48,585 nucleotides of DNA, from positions 1 through 48,585 of the IMG/VR virus record IMGVR_UViG_3300023065_000152. One strand, written 5' to 3'. A program made the translations under genes and the position numbers. Within the stretch, counting starts at the first letter, position 1. Every line of letters starts with the position of its first letter. The notes under the pieces were generated by a model that did not search any database, was not told where the DNA came from, and worked only from the letters and a program-made list of their open reading frames with translations. This DNA is from a virus. Lineage: Duplodnaviria > Caudoviricetes. Below, piece after piece: positions 16,889 through 24,192 of this stretch.

Positions 16889-17063
16889 CCAATCAGAAGC
16901 CCAATCCTACGAGCAGCAGAGCATACGTAGAACGTTGTGCGCAGGCTGCACGAAGGAGCTAACGCCAGAGGAAACCTACGCATGCTCTGAGTGCGTGGAT
17001 GAATGGCTTATTTATCGCGATCCGAACGGAGATATCTCAGATGGCAATATACAGGAGCAGTAA
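16881..17063 (+). CDS. ninF: NinF-like zinc-binding protein
   Basis: YEQQSIRRTLCAGC...CSEC...RDPNG. Confidence 0.75.
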   Translation: MLSQSEAQSYEQQSIRRTLCAGCTKELTPEETYACSECVDEWLIYRDPNGDISDGNIQEQ

Positions 17064-17322
17064 ATGGCTTCAGGCGGTCAGGGAGATAGATTGCTGCGTT
17101 CTATGTGGTCGATATGGAGTTCAGGCGGCACACCGTAACGAAGGGAAGGGAATAGGACTGAAGGTCGATGACTGTTTAACGGCAGCACTATGCGAACAAT
17201 GCCATACGCGCATAGATAACGGTAAGGATATGACCCGGGAAGAGCGCAGGGCAGAGATGGACAGAGCCATAGTCCTTACACTTAAGCACCTAGCGAACGG
17301 AGGGAGGTTATCGGTCAGATGA
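17041..17322 (+). CDS. Small HNH-like Zn-binding protein (DUF968/DUF1364-like)
   Basis: YRSSKWL...CVLCG...QAAH...LCEQCH. Confidence 0.7.
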   Translation: MAIYRSSKWLQAVREIDCCVLCGRYGVQAAHRNEGKGIGLKVDDCLTAALCEQCHTRIDNGKDMTREERRAEMDRAIVLTLKHLANGGRLSVR

Positions 17323-17714
17323 ATAGATACCTGTTACAGCTACCCTGGCCACCATCCAATAACCGGTACTGGCGACACTCACGAGGAATCCACTACATCA
17401 GCGATTGGGGAAAGAGATACCGAAAAGAAGTAATCGAAATAATCCAGCAACAACAGTTAGACATCAAAATCACACCTCGCATCAGAATCACCATCCACGC
17501 AGCACCTCCCGATAACCGCAAACGAGATTTGGACAATCTACCCAAAGCCGTTTTTGACGCACTCACCAGTGCGGGCTTCTGGCTGGATGACGGTCAGATA
17601 GACGATATGCGCATTAAGCGCTGTCAGGCGATTAAAGGCGGAATGCTTGTGCTGGTAGTGACTGAGACATGCGGGAGCTTGCCAATGATTACAGAACTAC
17701 TGGAGGCAGCATGA
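17319..17714 (+). CDS. rusA: RusA Holliday junction resolvase
   Basis: LPWPPSNNRYWR; PPDNRKRDLDNLPKAVFDAL...DDGQID. Confidence 0.95.
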   Translation: MNRYLLQLPWPPSNNRYWRHSRGIHYISDWGKRYRKEVIEIIQQQQLDIKITPRIRITIHAAPPDNRKRDLDNLPKAVFDALTSAGFWLDDGQIDDMRIKRCQAIKGGMLVLVVTETCGSLPMITELLEAA

Positions 17715-17977
17715 CAGACATAAGCAGAGAGGTCTGCGAAGAGTATCTGGATGCTCTGGTGACAGTGGAGTTATCCGTACGATTCGCACAGCTCGAAGAC
17801 CGCAAGATTAACGCCACCATCCGCGCAACAGTAACCGAGTTACTCAAGCGTATCCGAGACAAGAAAATCCGCGCCATATTCGCAGGCTTAGCCCGTCAGC
17901 CATTTCCGGACGGAGCCCTGAAGATGATGCGTCGCCAGTTAGACAGCTTAGTAGGAGAACCCGTATGTGCAGCGTAA
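17711..17977 (+). CDS. Hypothetical protein
   Basis: ATGA overlap with rusA; GGAGG RBS. Confidence 0.65.
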   Translation: MTDISREVCEEYLDALVTVELSVRFAQLEDRKINATIRATVTELLKRIRDKKIRAIFAGLARQPFPDGALKMMRRQLDSLVGEPVCAA

Positions 17978-18147
17978 CTAACATCCAACAAGTCAAATGG
18001 CAGCGTCATGCAGGCATGGAGAAGCTCAAGGATATTGATGCGCAGATTACAGATGCGGAGCGAGCCTTGAGCTTATTGGCAGAGCGTCGTCGTGAGCTCG
18101 TTAATCGCTTAGGGCTTAATAAGCCAGATGGTCCGGAGGCGGCGTAG
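17965..18147 (+). CDS. Hypothetical coiled-coil protein
   Basis: AGGAG RBS. Confidence 0.55.
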   Translation: MCSVTNIQQVKWQRHAGMEKLKDIDAQITDAERALSLLAERRRELVNRLGLNKPDGPEAA

Positions 18148-18330
18148 ATGAATAAGTGGAAACGGACAAGACAAGAACTTCCTCCAGAAAATGTCCTGGT
18201 ATACACAATCAGCCCGGGCGGAATGGAGAAAAAGCTTAAGCGACAGGGAAGCCTCTGGTTTGTTAATAGTGGTGATATGTACGTTTATTACACGCCAGAG
18301 AAATGGCGCTATATCGTGGGGGCAAGATGA
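18148..18330 (+). CDS. Hypothetical protein (DUF551-like N-terminus)
   Basis: W-x5-ELPPENVLVY; GGAGG RBS. Confidence 0.55.
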   Translation: MNKWKRTRQELPPENVLVYTISPGGMEKKLKRQGSLWFVNSGDMYVYYTPEKWRYIVGAR

Positions 18331-18938
18331 GACACACACCGATATTCGGCATGGTCAACTTCATCGACGATGCTCATTTCCGCCGCGTATGGAAGCACCC
18401 AAAGAAAACCATCAACACCCGCCAGAAAGCATGGGTTCACTACATGCTACAGGTATGGGGTAAGGTTAACGCCGGTGATGATTCCCCGGGTGGTGCAATC
18501 AACGTTATAGGTCGCCTGATGATTCGTAGCCAGTGGAGCGATGACAAGGCCAAACAGATTGAGTCTGTCGTCATGCGCCTCTACCAAGAAGATGGACTGC
18601 GTGGAGATGCGCTCTATAAGAAAGCTCGCGAACTGGTCATCCCTCAATCATCATTCAGCAACATCATCGCTCTCGCCAAAGAATCCGATGATGCTGCTTT
18701 CGTTGAACGTGTGATGGTCAAGACGTTTCACCGTGAAAGCCCCGTCCGCGATGTAGCTATTAAGCGATATTGCAATCGCAATTGCACGCAAGATATCGCC
18801 AGGCTGATGAACGCAGTAACTGGAGTGGATATCCAGGCATGCAGGCGCAGGGTTGTCTGGTGCGAGAATGTGCTCGATTCGGAAATCTTTTATGCGATGA
18901 GGCGCGAAATTGAGAAGGAATTTCCACAGGCAGCATAA
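18327..18938 (+). CDS. Late antiterminator Q-like protein
   Basis: Last nin-region gene, directly before the pR'/tR' elements; C-terminal HTH (TQDIARLM...ACRRRV). Call is mainly positional. Confidence 0.75.
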   Translation: MRHTPIFGMVNFIDDAHFRRVWKHPKKTINTRQKAWVHYMLQVWGKVNAGDDSPGGAINVIGRLMIRSQWSDDKAKQIESVVMRLYQEDGLRGDALYKKARELVIPQSSFSNIIALAKESDDAAFVERVMVKTFHRESPVRDVAIKRYCNRNCTQDIARLMNAVTGVDIQACRRRVVWCENVLDSEIFYAMRREIEKEFPQAA

Positions 18939-18964
18939 TATTTAGGTAAATTGTCCTAAATAAC

Positions 18965-18993
18965 TTGCCATCGCGAAATGGAAGTAGTACATT
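18965..18993 (+). promoter_or_regulatory. Late promoter pR'
   Basis: TTGCCA, 17-nt spacer, TACATT directly after Q. Confidence 0.75.
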
Positions 18994-19037
18994 TTGTGTA
19001 TGCTCGGAGCAAAAGCGAACAGAGCAGCCAAACAAAC

Positions 19038-19068
19038 AAGCCCTGAGGTTCACGCCTTGGGGCTTTTT
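19038..19068 (+). terminator. tR' terminator
   Basis: AAGCCCTGAGG/CCTTGGGGCTT stem plus T-run. Confidence 0.8.
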
Positions 19069-19074
19069 CGTTTG

Positions 19075-19358
19075 CACAACAGGTAAGAGCATTAACTCAT
19101 GACGGTCATCATCCAGCCAATCCATGAGTGCATTGTTGCCGCAATGCCAGTGCTCTTTCCGTTGTGATAAGCCATCTTGATTATTTGGATAGGGTTGCAG
19201 CCTTCAATCTGCCAAGCAGGGTCAATCGCCTGCCATCACACACCTAACCTGCTACCTCAGGCAATTGGTCGAAAGACGCCGGATAAACGTAACCGGCATA
19301 CTTGAGCTATGGCTAGACCGGCCAGTCGAAAAGCAGTATCGTCACTGCCTGCCATAGC
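19075..19358 (+). ncRNA. Tandem structured RNA modules in the late leader
   Basis: Four closed multi-hairpin units read by eye: 19075-19166, 19164-19239, 19256-19306, 19306-19358. Confidence 0.5.
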
Positions 19359-19389
19359 GAACATTGACGAGCAACTAGACGAGGTTGTT

Positions 19390-19644
19390 ATGGATTTATC
19401 CAGGTTTATAGCGCCAGTGAAAACTGATGAGGTTGAGTATGTAATCATTGGTGGAAGGCGTGATGGTGAGAGGGGTGTGATGGATAAGAAAATCGACACC
19501 ATTAATGGACAGGGTATCTACCATAAGAAGATAATTACCTGTGGTGGATATGTGGCTACCTTTTTTGTTTCTTCTGACATGGGAGATGCAACACCTGGCG
19601 AAGTCATGTCAGTCCTCTGTCATGGTTACCGAAAGCCAAAATGA
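19390..19644 (+). CDS. Hypothetical protein (moron-like, own terminator)
   Basis: GAGG RBS before ATG 19390; terminator at 19654-19678. Confidence 0.65.
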   Translation: MDLSRFIAPVKTDEVEYVIIGGRRDGERGVMDKKIDTINGQGIYHKKIITCGGYVATFFVSSDMGDATPGEVMSVLCHGYRKPK

Positions 19645-19653
19645 ATTAAAGAC

Positions 19654-19678
19654 AGGTCGCTAAGGCGGCCTTTTTTAT
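19654..19678 (+). terminator. Rho-independent terminator
   Basis: GGTCGC-TAAG-GCGGCC plus T6. Confidence 0.75.
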
Positions 19679-19769
19679 TGCACGACCTTTCTGAAAGCGC
19701 ATCCCACCAAATACCAGACAGACAAAAACCTCACCTTATCCGCTGTGGCTACGGTGCTATGCGCTTTAC

Positions 19770-19799
19770 AAAAAAGAAAACCCAGCACTATGGCTGGGC
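19770..19799 (-). terminator. Minus-strand terminator (antisense to the late transcript)
   Basis: CCCAGC/GCTGGG stem plus TTTTCTTTTTT on the minus strand. Confidence 0.7.
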
Positions 19800-19967
19800 T
19801 TCGTGAAGATGGGTGGCAAGAGACTGCGCTAACAGCCTCTTGCCTGATTTGCTCATGCCTTTAGTCACGAACAAACCACGTTACCGCAAAATGTATCCTG
19901 GATTTGTTCTCAAATACATCAACCTTTTCTTAATTACGAACAAATCCCCCGCAATGAGGGGTAGAGC

Positions 19968-20294
19968 ATGTTCCGCATGAATACACAAAACGGCTTCTGG
20001 TCGTATTTCTGGTCTTCAATAACGGGTTTTATGACCATGCTAACTTTGCAGGATGTGCTTTTTGCATTTGGTGCGGTGGTCTCTGCGTTATTCGCCTGGC
20101 TTACGTACCGTTCAAACGACAGGAAAAACAAAGCTGCGATTGAAGAAGATCGCAAGCGTACCGAAATCCTCAAAGCGGCGTATGCAAGAGGGGACGTATC
20201 CAACATCACCGAAGGCGCAAAGATAGTTCGAAGTATAGAAACCGAACTACAGCCTCAGGACTCCATCAATGGTGCTACCTCAAAAACTACGTAA
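19968..20294 (+). CDS. Holin
   Basis: Two hydrophobic segments then a charged tail; immediately upstream of the endolysin; M1-F-R-M4 possible dual start. Confidence 0.8.
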   Translation: MFRMNTQNGFWSYFWSSITGFMTMLTLQDVLFAFGAVVSALFAWLTYRSNDRKNKAAIEEDRKRTEILKAAYARGDVSNITEGAKIVRSIETELQPQDSINGATSKTT

Positions 20295-20751
20295 CAGCAT
20301 AATCGCTGCATCGGTTGCAGGTGCAGTCTCAATTGCTGGAGTGCTTATTACTGACCAGGAAGGCGTTAAATTCAAACCTTATCTGGATCCGATTGGCATC
20401 CCTACTGTCTGTGCCGGTGTAACAGGTTCAGATGTGAAGATGGGAAAGACCTACACGAAGCAAGAATGCGATGCGCTTTTGTATAAGCACATGCAGCCAG
20501 CCATTAAGGCTGTAGATGGCTCAGTAAAAGTGAAGTTGAATGACTACCAGAAAGCCGCGCTTTACTCATTCACCTACAACGTAGGCGCAGGTGCTTTCCA
20601 GTCTTCTACATTGCTAAAAAAACTCAACCGCAATGATATCCATGGCGCATGCGATGAAATGCGACGATGGACATATGCAGGCGGTAAGCAGTGGAAAGGA
20701 CTCATCACACGAAGAGAAGTGGAGCGCCAGTTATGCTATGGAAAACCGTAG
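20269..20751 (+). CDS. SAR endolysin (GH24 lysozyme)
   Basis: Ala/Gly-rich N-terminal TM segment; E-x8-D-x5-T triad (EGVKFKPYLDPIGIPT); GLITRREVE. Confidence 0.93.
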   Translation: MVLPQKLRNSIIAASVAGAVSIAGVLITDQEGVKFKPYLDPIGIPTVCAGVTGSDVKMGKTYTKQECDALLYKHMQPAIKAVDGSVKVKLNDYQKAALYSFTYNVGAGAFQSSTLLKKLNRNDIHGACDEMRRWTYAGGKQWKGLITRREVERQLCYGKP

Positions 20752-21197
20752 TATCTCACTGGAAGGTGATTGTCTTTGCTCTGATGTTCGTGTGGGTTGT
20801 CATTGCCGGCAAGATGGCAAACAACTACCACGATAAATACCTGCAAGCTGACAAAGACCTGAAGCTCGCCACGCAAACAATCTCTGATATGCAGACACGG
20901 CAGCGCGATGTTGCCACTCTCGACGCCAAATACACACAGGAGTTAGCCGATGCAAAAGCTGAAAATGATGCTCTGCAGCGCAAGCTTGATAATGGTGGTC
21001 GGGTGCTCGTCAAAGGCCGCTGTCCAGTGCCAACCACAACCAAAACCTCCGGCTCCTCCAGCCTGGGCAATGATGCCTCCGTCGAACTCTCTGACGTTGC
21101 TGGACGAAACGTTCTCGGTATCCGCTCCGGAATCATCAGTGACCAAAAATCCCTGAGAGTCCTGCAGGAATACATTAAAACTCAGTGCCTGAAGTAA
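20733..21197 (+). CDS. Rz: Rz i-spanin
   Basis: N-terminal TM; QRDVATLDAKYTQELADAK; QEYIKTQCL. Confidence 0.9.
   Translation: MLWKTVVSHWKVIVFALMFVWVVIAGKMANNYHDKYLQADKDLKLATQTISDMQTRQRDVATLDAKYTQELADAKAENDALQRKLDNGGRVLVKGRCPVPTTTKTSGSSSLGNDASVELSDVAGRNVLGIRSGIISDQKSLRVLQEYIKTQCLK
20950..21156 (+). CDS. Rz1: Rz1 o-spanin lipoprotein, nested in Rz
   Basis: Lipobox VVGC, Pro-rich PPAPPAW, alternate frame inside Rz. Confidence 0.88.
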   Translation: MQKLKMMLCSASLIMVVGCSSKAAVQCQPQPKPPAPPAWAMMPPSNSLTLLDETFSVSAPESSVTKNP

Positions 21198-21466
21198 CCC
21201 ACCATAGCGCCACATCTTCGCTGCTTACCTGCATTAGCCATGACTGCAGTCCCTCCTTCTGCAAAAGCGTGCGGGTTATTCGAAAAAGATGATACCGCGT
21301 CACAGCATTGCGGGATGTCTGTGGCGTTCATAGCTGCCTTCTCAAGCAGTGGTAGAAGAATTGAGACTGCAATACAGAGCATTCTTTCGAGAATGTTCAA
21401 TATTGCAGCAACTTTTATGTGTGCGCCTACGGGCGGGATATTCACTTTTCAGCAGGAAATTCTATT

Positions 21467-21688
21467 ATGCCTACTCGTGTAATTGCTCAATCAGGTGCCA
21501 CTGCAGTAGTGGCTAATATGGATGATGTATCCAGTGGCGGTTATGTTCTGCCTGCAGCTACCACATCCACTCTGGGTGGAGTGAAGAAGATGGCAACTCA
21601 GGCCGACTCTACTGCAACTGATGTCGCTGGCCTGGTGGCTGACTTCAATGCTCTGCTGGCAAAAGCCCGCACTGCAGGTCTCATCTAA
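21467..21688 (+). CDS. Head-fibre-like small protein
   Basis: [14 protein letters not shown]...FNALLAK-x-R-x-AG motif; AGGA RBS. Confidence 0.65.
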   Translation: MPTRVIAQSGATAVVANMDDVSSGGYVLPAATTSTLGGVKKMATQADSTATDVAGLVADFNALLAKARTAGLI

Positions 21689-21849
21689 TGATCACCATAA
21701 AGGTGGTTGCACAAAAGCGATGGTGGGTTAGTCCACTCATGACGGTGCTTAAAGCATTTGTCTGCGCACGCATCGTAAGAGAGAAACACTTCAAATCTCT
21801 TTCAAGCCTAATCGCTCGATGGGGATTTAAGTTCAAGACAGAGAAATAA
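21688..21849 (+). CDS. Small basic hypothetical protein (53 aa; not in ORF track)
   Basis: Hand translation [24 protein letters not shown]...GFKFKTEK; fills the gap exactly with a TAATG overlap. Confidence 0.5.
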   Translation: MITIKVVAQKRWWVSPLMTVLKAFVCARIVREKHFKSLSSLIARWGFKFKTEK

Positions 21850-21850
21850 C

Positions 21851-22126
21851 ATGAGCGATAAAACAGAATTCGCCCGCATTGTGCCTGCAATGGTGCAGGA
21901 TAAAGCTACTGACTGGCTTCTAAGTAAACTAGATGAGCAGTTGAGTGATTTGAATGAGTACATAGCTCAAGGAGGTGATGCTCAGAGGGCAATGAAAGGC
22001 TCTTTAAATGTCGCAGCCTTTCGCGGGAAGTTAGTACACGAAACATTTATAGCTCAGTACGCAGACGAGAAAGAAAATGTTGAGGTCACAGTCGGCCCGA
22101 TCAACATCGAAACGTTAGAGGATTAA
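21851..22126 (+). CDS. Hypothetical protein
   Basis: 91 aa, tightly packed before terS. Confidence 0.6.
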   Translation: MSDKTEFARIVPAMVQDKATDWLLSKLDEQLSDLNEYIAQGGDAQRAMKGSLNVAAFRGKLVHETFIAQYADEKENVEVTVGPINIETLED

Positions 22127-22127
22127 C

Positions 22128-22718
22128 ATGGCAAAGCTCACCGACAAACAAGAGCTGTTTGCCCGTGAGTTCATTAAAGACCTCAACGCCACTCAGGCGG
22201 CCATCAGGGCGGGATACAGCGAGAAGTCATCCCGCAACCAGGGCGCGAGGATGATGGCAAATGATGACATTTTAGACCGCATTGCTGAGCTTAAGGCCGA
22301 GCGCAATGAGCAAGTAGGCGTAGACGCTGCTTACGTATTGCGACGCCTCACTGAAATCGACCAAATGGACGTGCTCGACATCCTGCTTACCAATGGCGAA
22401 CTCAAGCCGATTAAGGACTGGCCTAAGGTATGGCGCACAACGCTATCAGGAATGGATGTCGTCGAAATGGCATCTGCTGACAGCGCCGCCCTACTGAAGA
22501 AAATTAAATGGCCTGACAAGGTGAAGAACCTTGAGTTGCTCGGCAAGCACGTAACGGTGCAGGCATTCAAAGAGCAGGTGTCGAGCGAGGTCACCGGCAA
22601 GAATGGCGGCCCCATTCAGTACACCGATATCACTGAAGAAGAATTAGATGAACGCTTGAAGGAGCTTGGTCATGGCAGACACAGATCACAGCTCGCTGAG
22701 AAACAGGCAGACACTTGA
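22128..22718 (+). CDS. terS: Terminase small subunit
   Basis: LTDKQELFAREFIKDLNATQAAIRAGYS; DKVKNLELLGKH. Confidence 0.95.
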   Translation: MAKLTDKQELFAREFIKDLNATQAAIRAGYSEKSSRNQGARMMANDDILDRIAELKAERNEQVGVDAAYVLRRLTEIDQMDVLDILLTNGELKPIKDWPKVWRTTLSGMDVVEMASADSAALLKKIKWPDKVKNLELLGKHVTVQAFKEQVSSEVTGKNGGPIQYTDITEEELDERLKELGHGRHRSQLAEKQADT

Positions 22719-24192
22719 GGCATTCAAGCGCCGCGCAATAGCAGAAGCCAGACAGTCACTGATGGGGTTTACGCTCTACACCAACCCGCTGTATGAGACA
22801 GGCTGGTTTAACGAATTGCTTTCTGCTGAGCTAGACCATTTCCTCGAAGAGGTTGAGGCAGGAAATATGCCGCGCCTGATGATATTCGCGCCTCCTCGTT
22901 CCGGGAAAAGTGAAAAAGCATCGCGTCGATTTCCCGCTTACGTGCTGGGAAAGCATCCTGACTGGAATGTGATCGCATGTTCATATTCTTCAGACCTTGC
23001 AAACCGCATGTCACGAGACACCCAACGCATAGTCGGCTCAAAGAAATACGCAGACGTATTCCCTGATACCGCATTGCCATCCGGGAGAACAGGAGCTGGA
23101 GGCGCTATCCGCACCGCTGAGCTATGGGAAGTGGTAAATGCCAATGGCGAACTGCATGGCGGCTCATATCGTGCTGCAGGCGTGAATGGCGGTATCACTG
23201 GCCAGGGTATGAACATCGGCATTATAGATGACCCTGCAAAAGACTATAAAACTGCCTCATCCCCAACGTACCAGGAATCAGTTATTGACTGGTATGACAC
23301 GACATTCTTTACGCGTGCTGACCCTAAAATTAACGGAATCATCATTATCCTTACGCGCTGGCATAAAGATGACCTTGCCGGTCAATTGCTGAAAAAGGCA
23401 GAGGAAGGCGGGGAACAGTGGCGGGTGGTTAGCTTCCCTATGGAGGCTGAGAAAGAAGAGACTCACGAACTGAATGGAAAAACCTACCTGTTACGCAAGC
23501 CAGGTGAAATTCTTTTCCCTGAGCGTATGCCTCAGGAGTTCGTAGATAAAGCCAAGCAGCGTGGCTCACTGGTATGGAACGCCCTTTATCAGCAGCGACC
23601 AACCGCCAAAGGTGGCGGACTCATCAAGTCTGAATGGTTCGGTGAATACCGTGAACTGCCGGTGATGAAGTTCAGGGCTGTGTATGGCGATACCGCGCAG
23701 AAGACCAAAGAGGCCAATGACTTCTCAGTGTTCGAGCACTGGGGGTTAGGCGTTGATGGTTACATGTACCTGATAGACATGATTCGCGGAAAATGGGAAG
23801 CCGATGAGCTGAAACGTCGAGCGGTAGCGTTCTGGTCTAAGTGCAAAATGCTCCGTAACGGGCCCCTGCGCCACATGGCAATCGAAGACAAGGCATCTGG
23901 TACCGGACTCATTCAAAGCATTCGCAAAGACGCCCTATGCCCCGTTAAAGCCATTCAGCGAGACAAGGACAAATACACTCGCCTGATGGATACCCAGGGC
24001 TATATCGAATCTGGCTACATCAAGCTTCCAGCCAATGCGGACTTCATCAACGACTTCCTGGTGGAAATGGAAGCGATCAACCCTGACTTTAACACACATG
24101 ATGACCAGCTCGACCCAATGATGGATGCCATCACCGAGATGAAGGGTAAAGCAGGCATCCTGTTCCATATTCCTGACGAGATACTCCAATGA
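22666..24192 (+). CDS. terL: Terminase large subunit
   Basis: Walker A APPRSGKS, Walker B IIDDP, TRWH, IEDKASG, HDDQLD. Confidence 0.95.
   Translation: MVMADTDHSSLRNRQTLEAFKRRAIAEARQSLMGFTLYTNPLYETGWFNELLSAELDHFLEEVEAGNMPRLMIFAPPRSGKSEKASRRFPAYVLGKHPDWNVIACSYSSDLANRMSRDTQRIVGSKKYADVFPDTALPSGRTGAGGAIRTAELWEVVNANGELHGGSYRAAGVNGGITGQGMNIGIIDDPAKDYKTASSPTYQESVIDWYDTTFFTRADPKINGIIIILTRWHKDDLAGQLLKKAEEGGEQWRVVSFPMEAEKEETHELNGKTYLLRKPGEILFPERMPQEFVDKAKQRGSLVWNALYQQRPTAKGGGLIKSEWFGEYRELPVMKFRAVYGDTAQKTKEANDFSVFEHWGLGVDGYMYLIDMIRGKWEADELKRRAVAFWSKCKMLRNGPLRHMAIEDKASGTGLIQSIRKDALCPVKAIQRDKDKYTRLMDTQGYIESGYIKLPANADFINDFLVEMEAINPDFNTHDDQLDPMMDAITEMKGKAGILFHIPDEILQ

Noticed and set aside
19164-19240. Functional phage tRNA gene
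   Set aside because: No canonical T-loop, D-arm or CCA; reported only as tRNA-like.
21182-21482. ORFs 21240-21482 (+) and 21182-21445 (-)
   Set aside because: No clear RBS or motifs, and the region is dominated by hairpins; likely non-coding.
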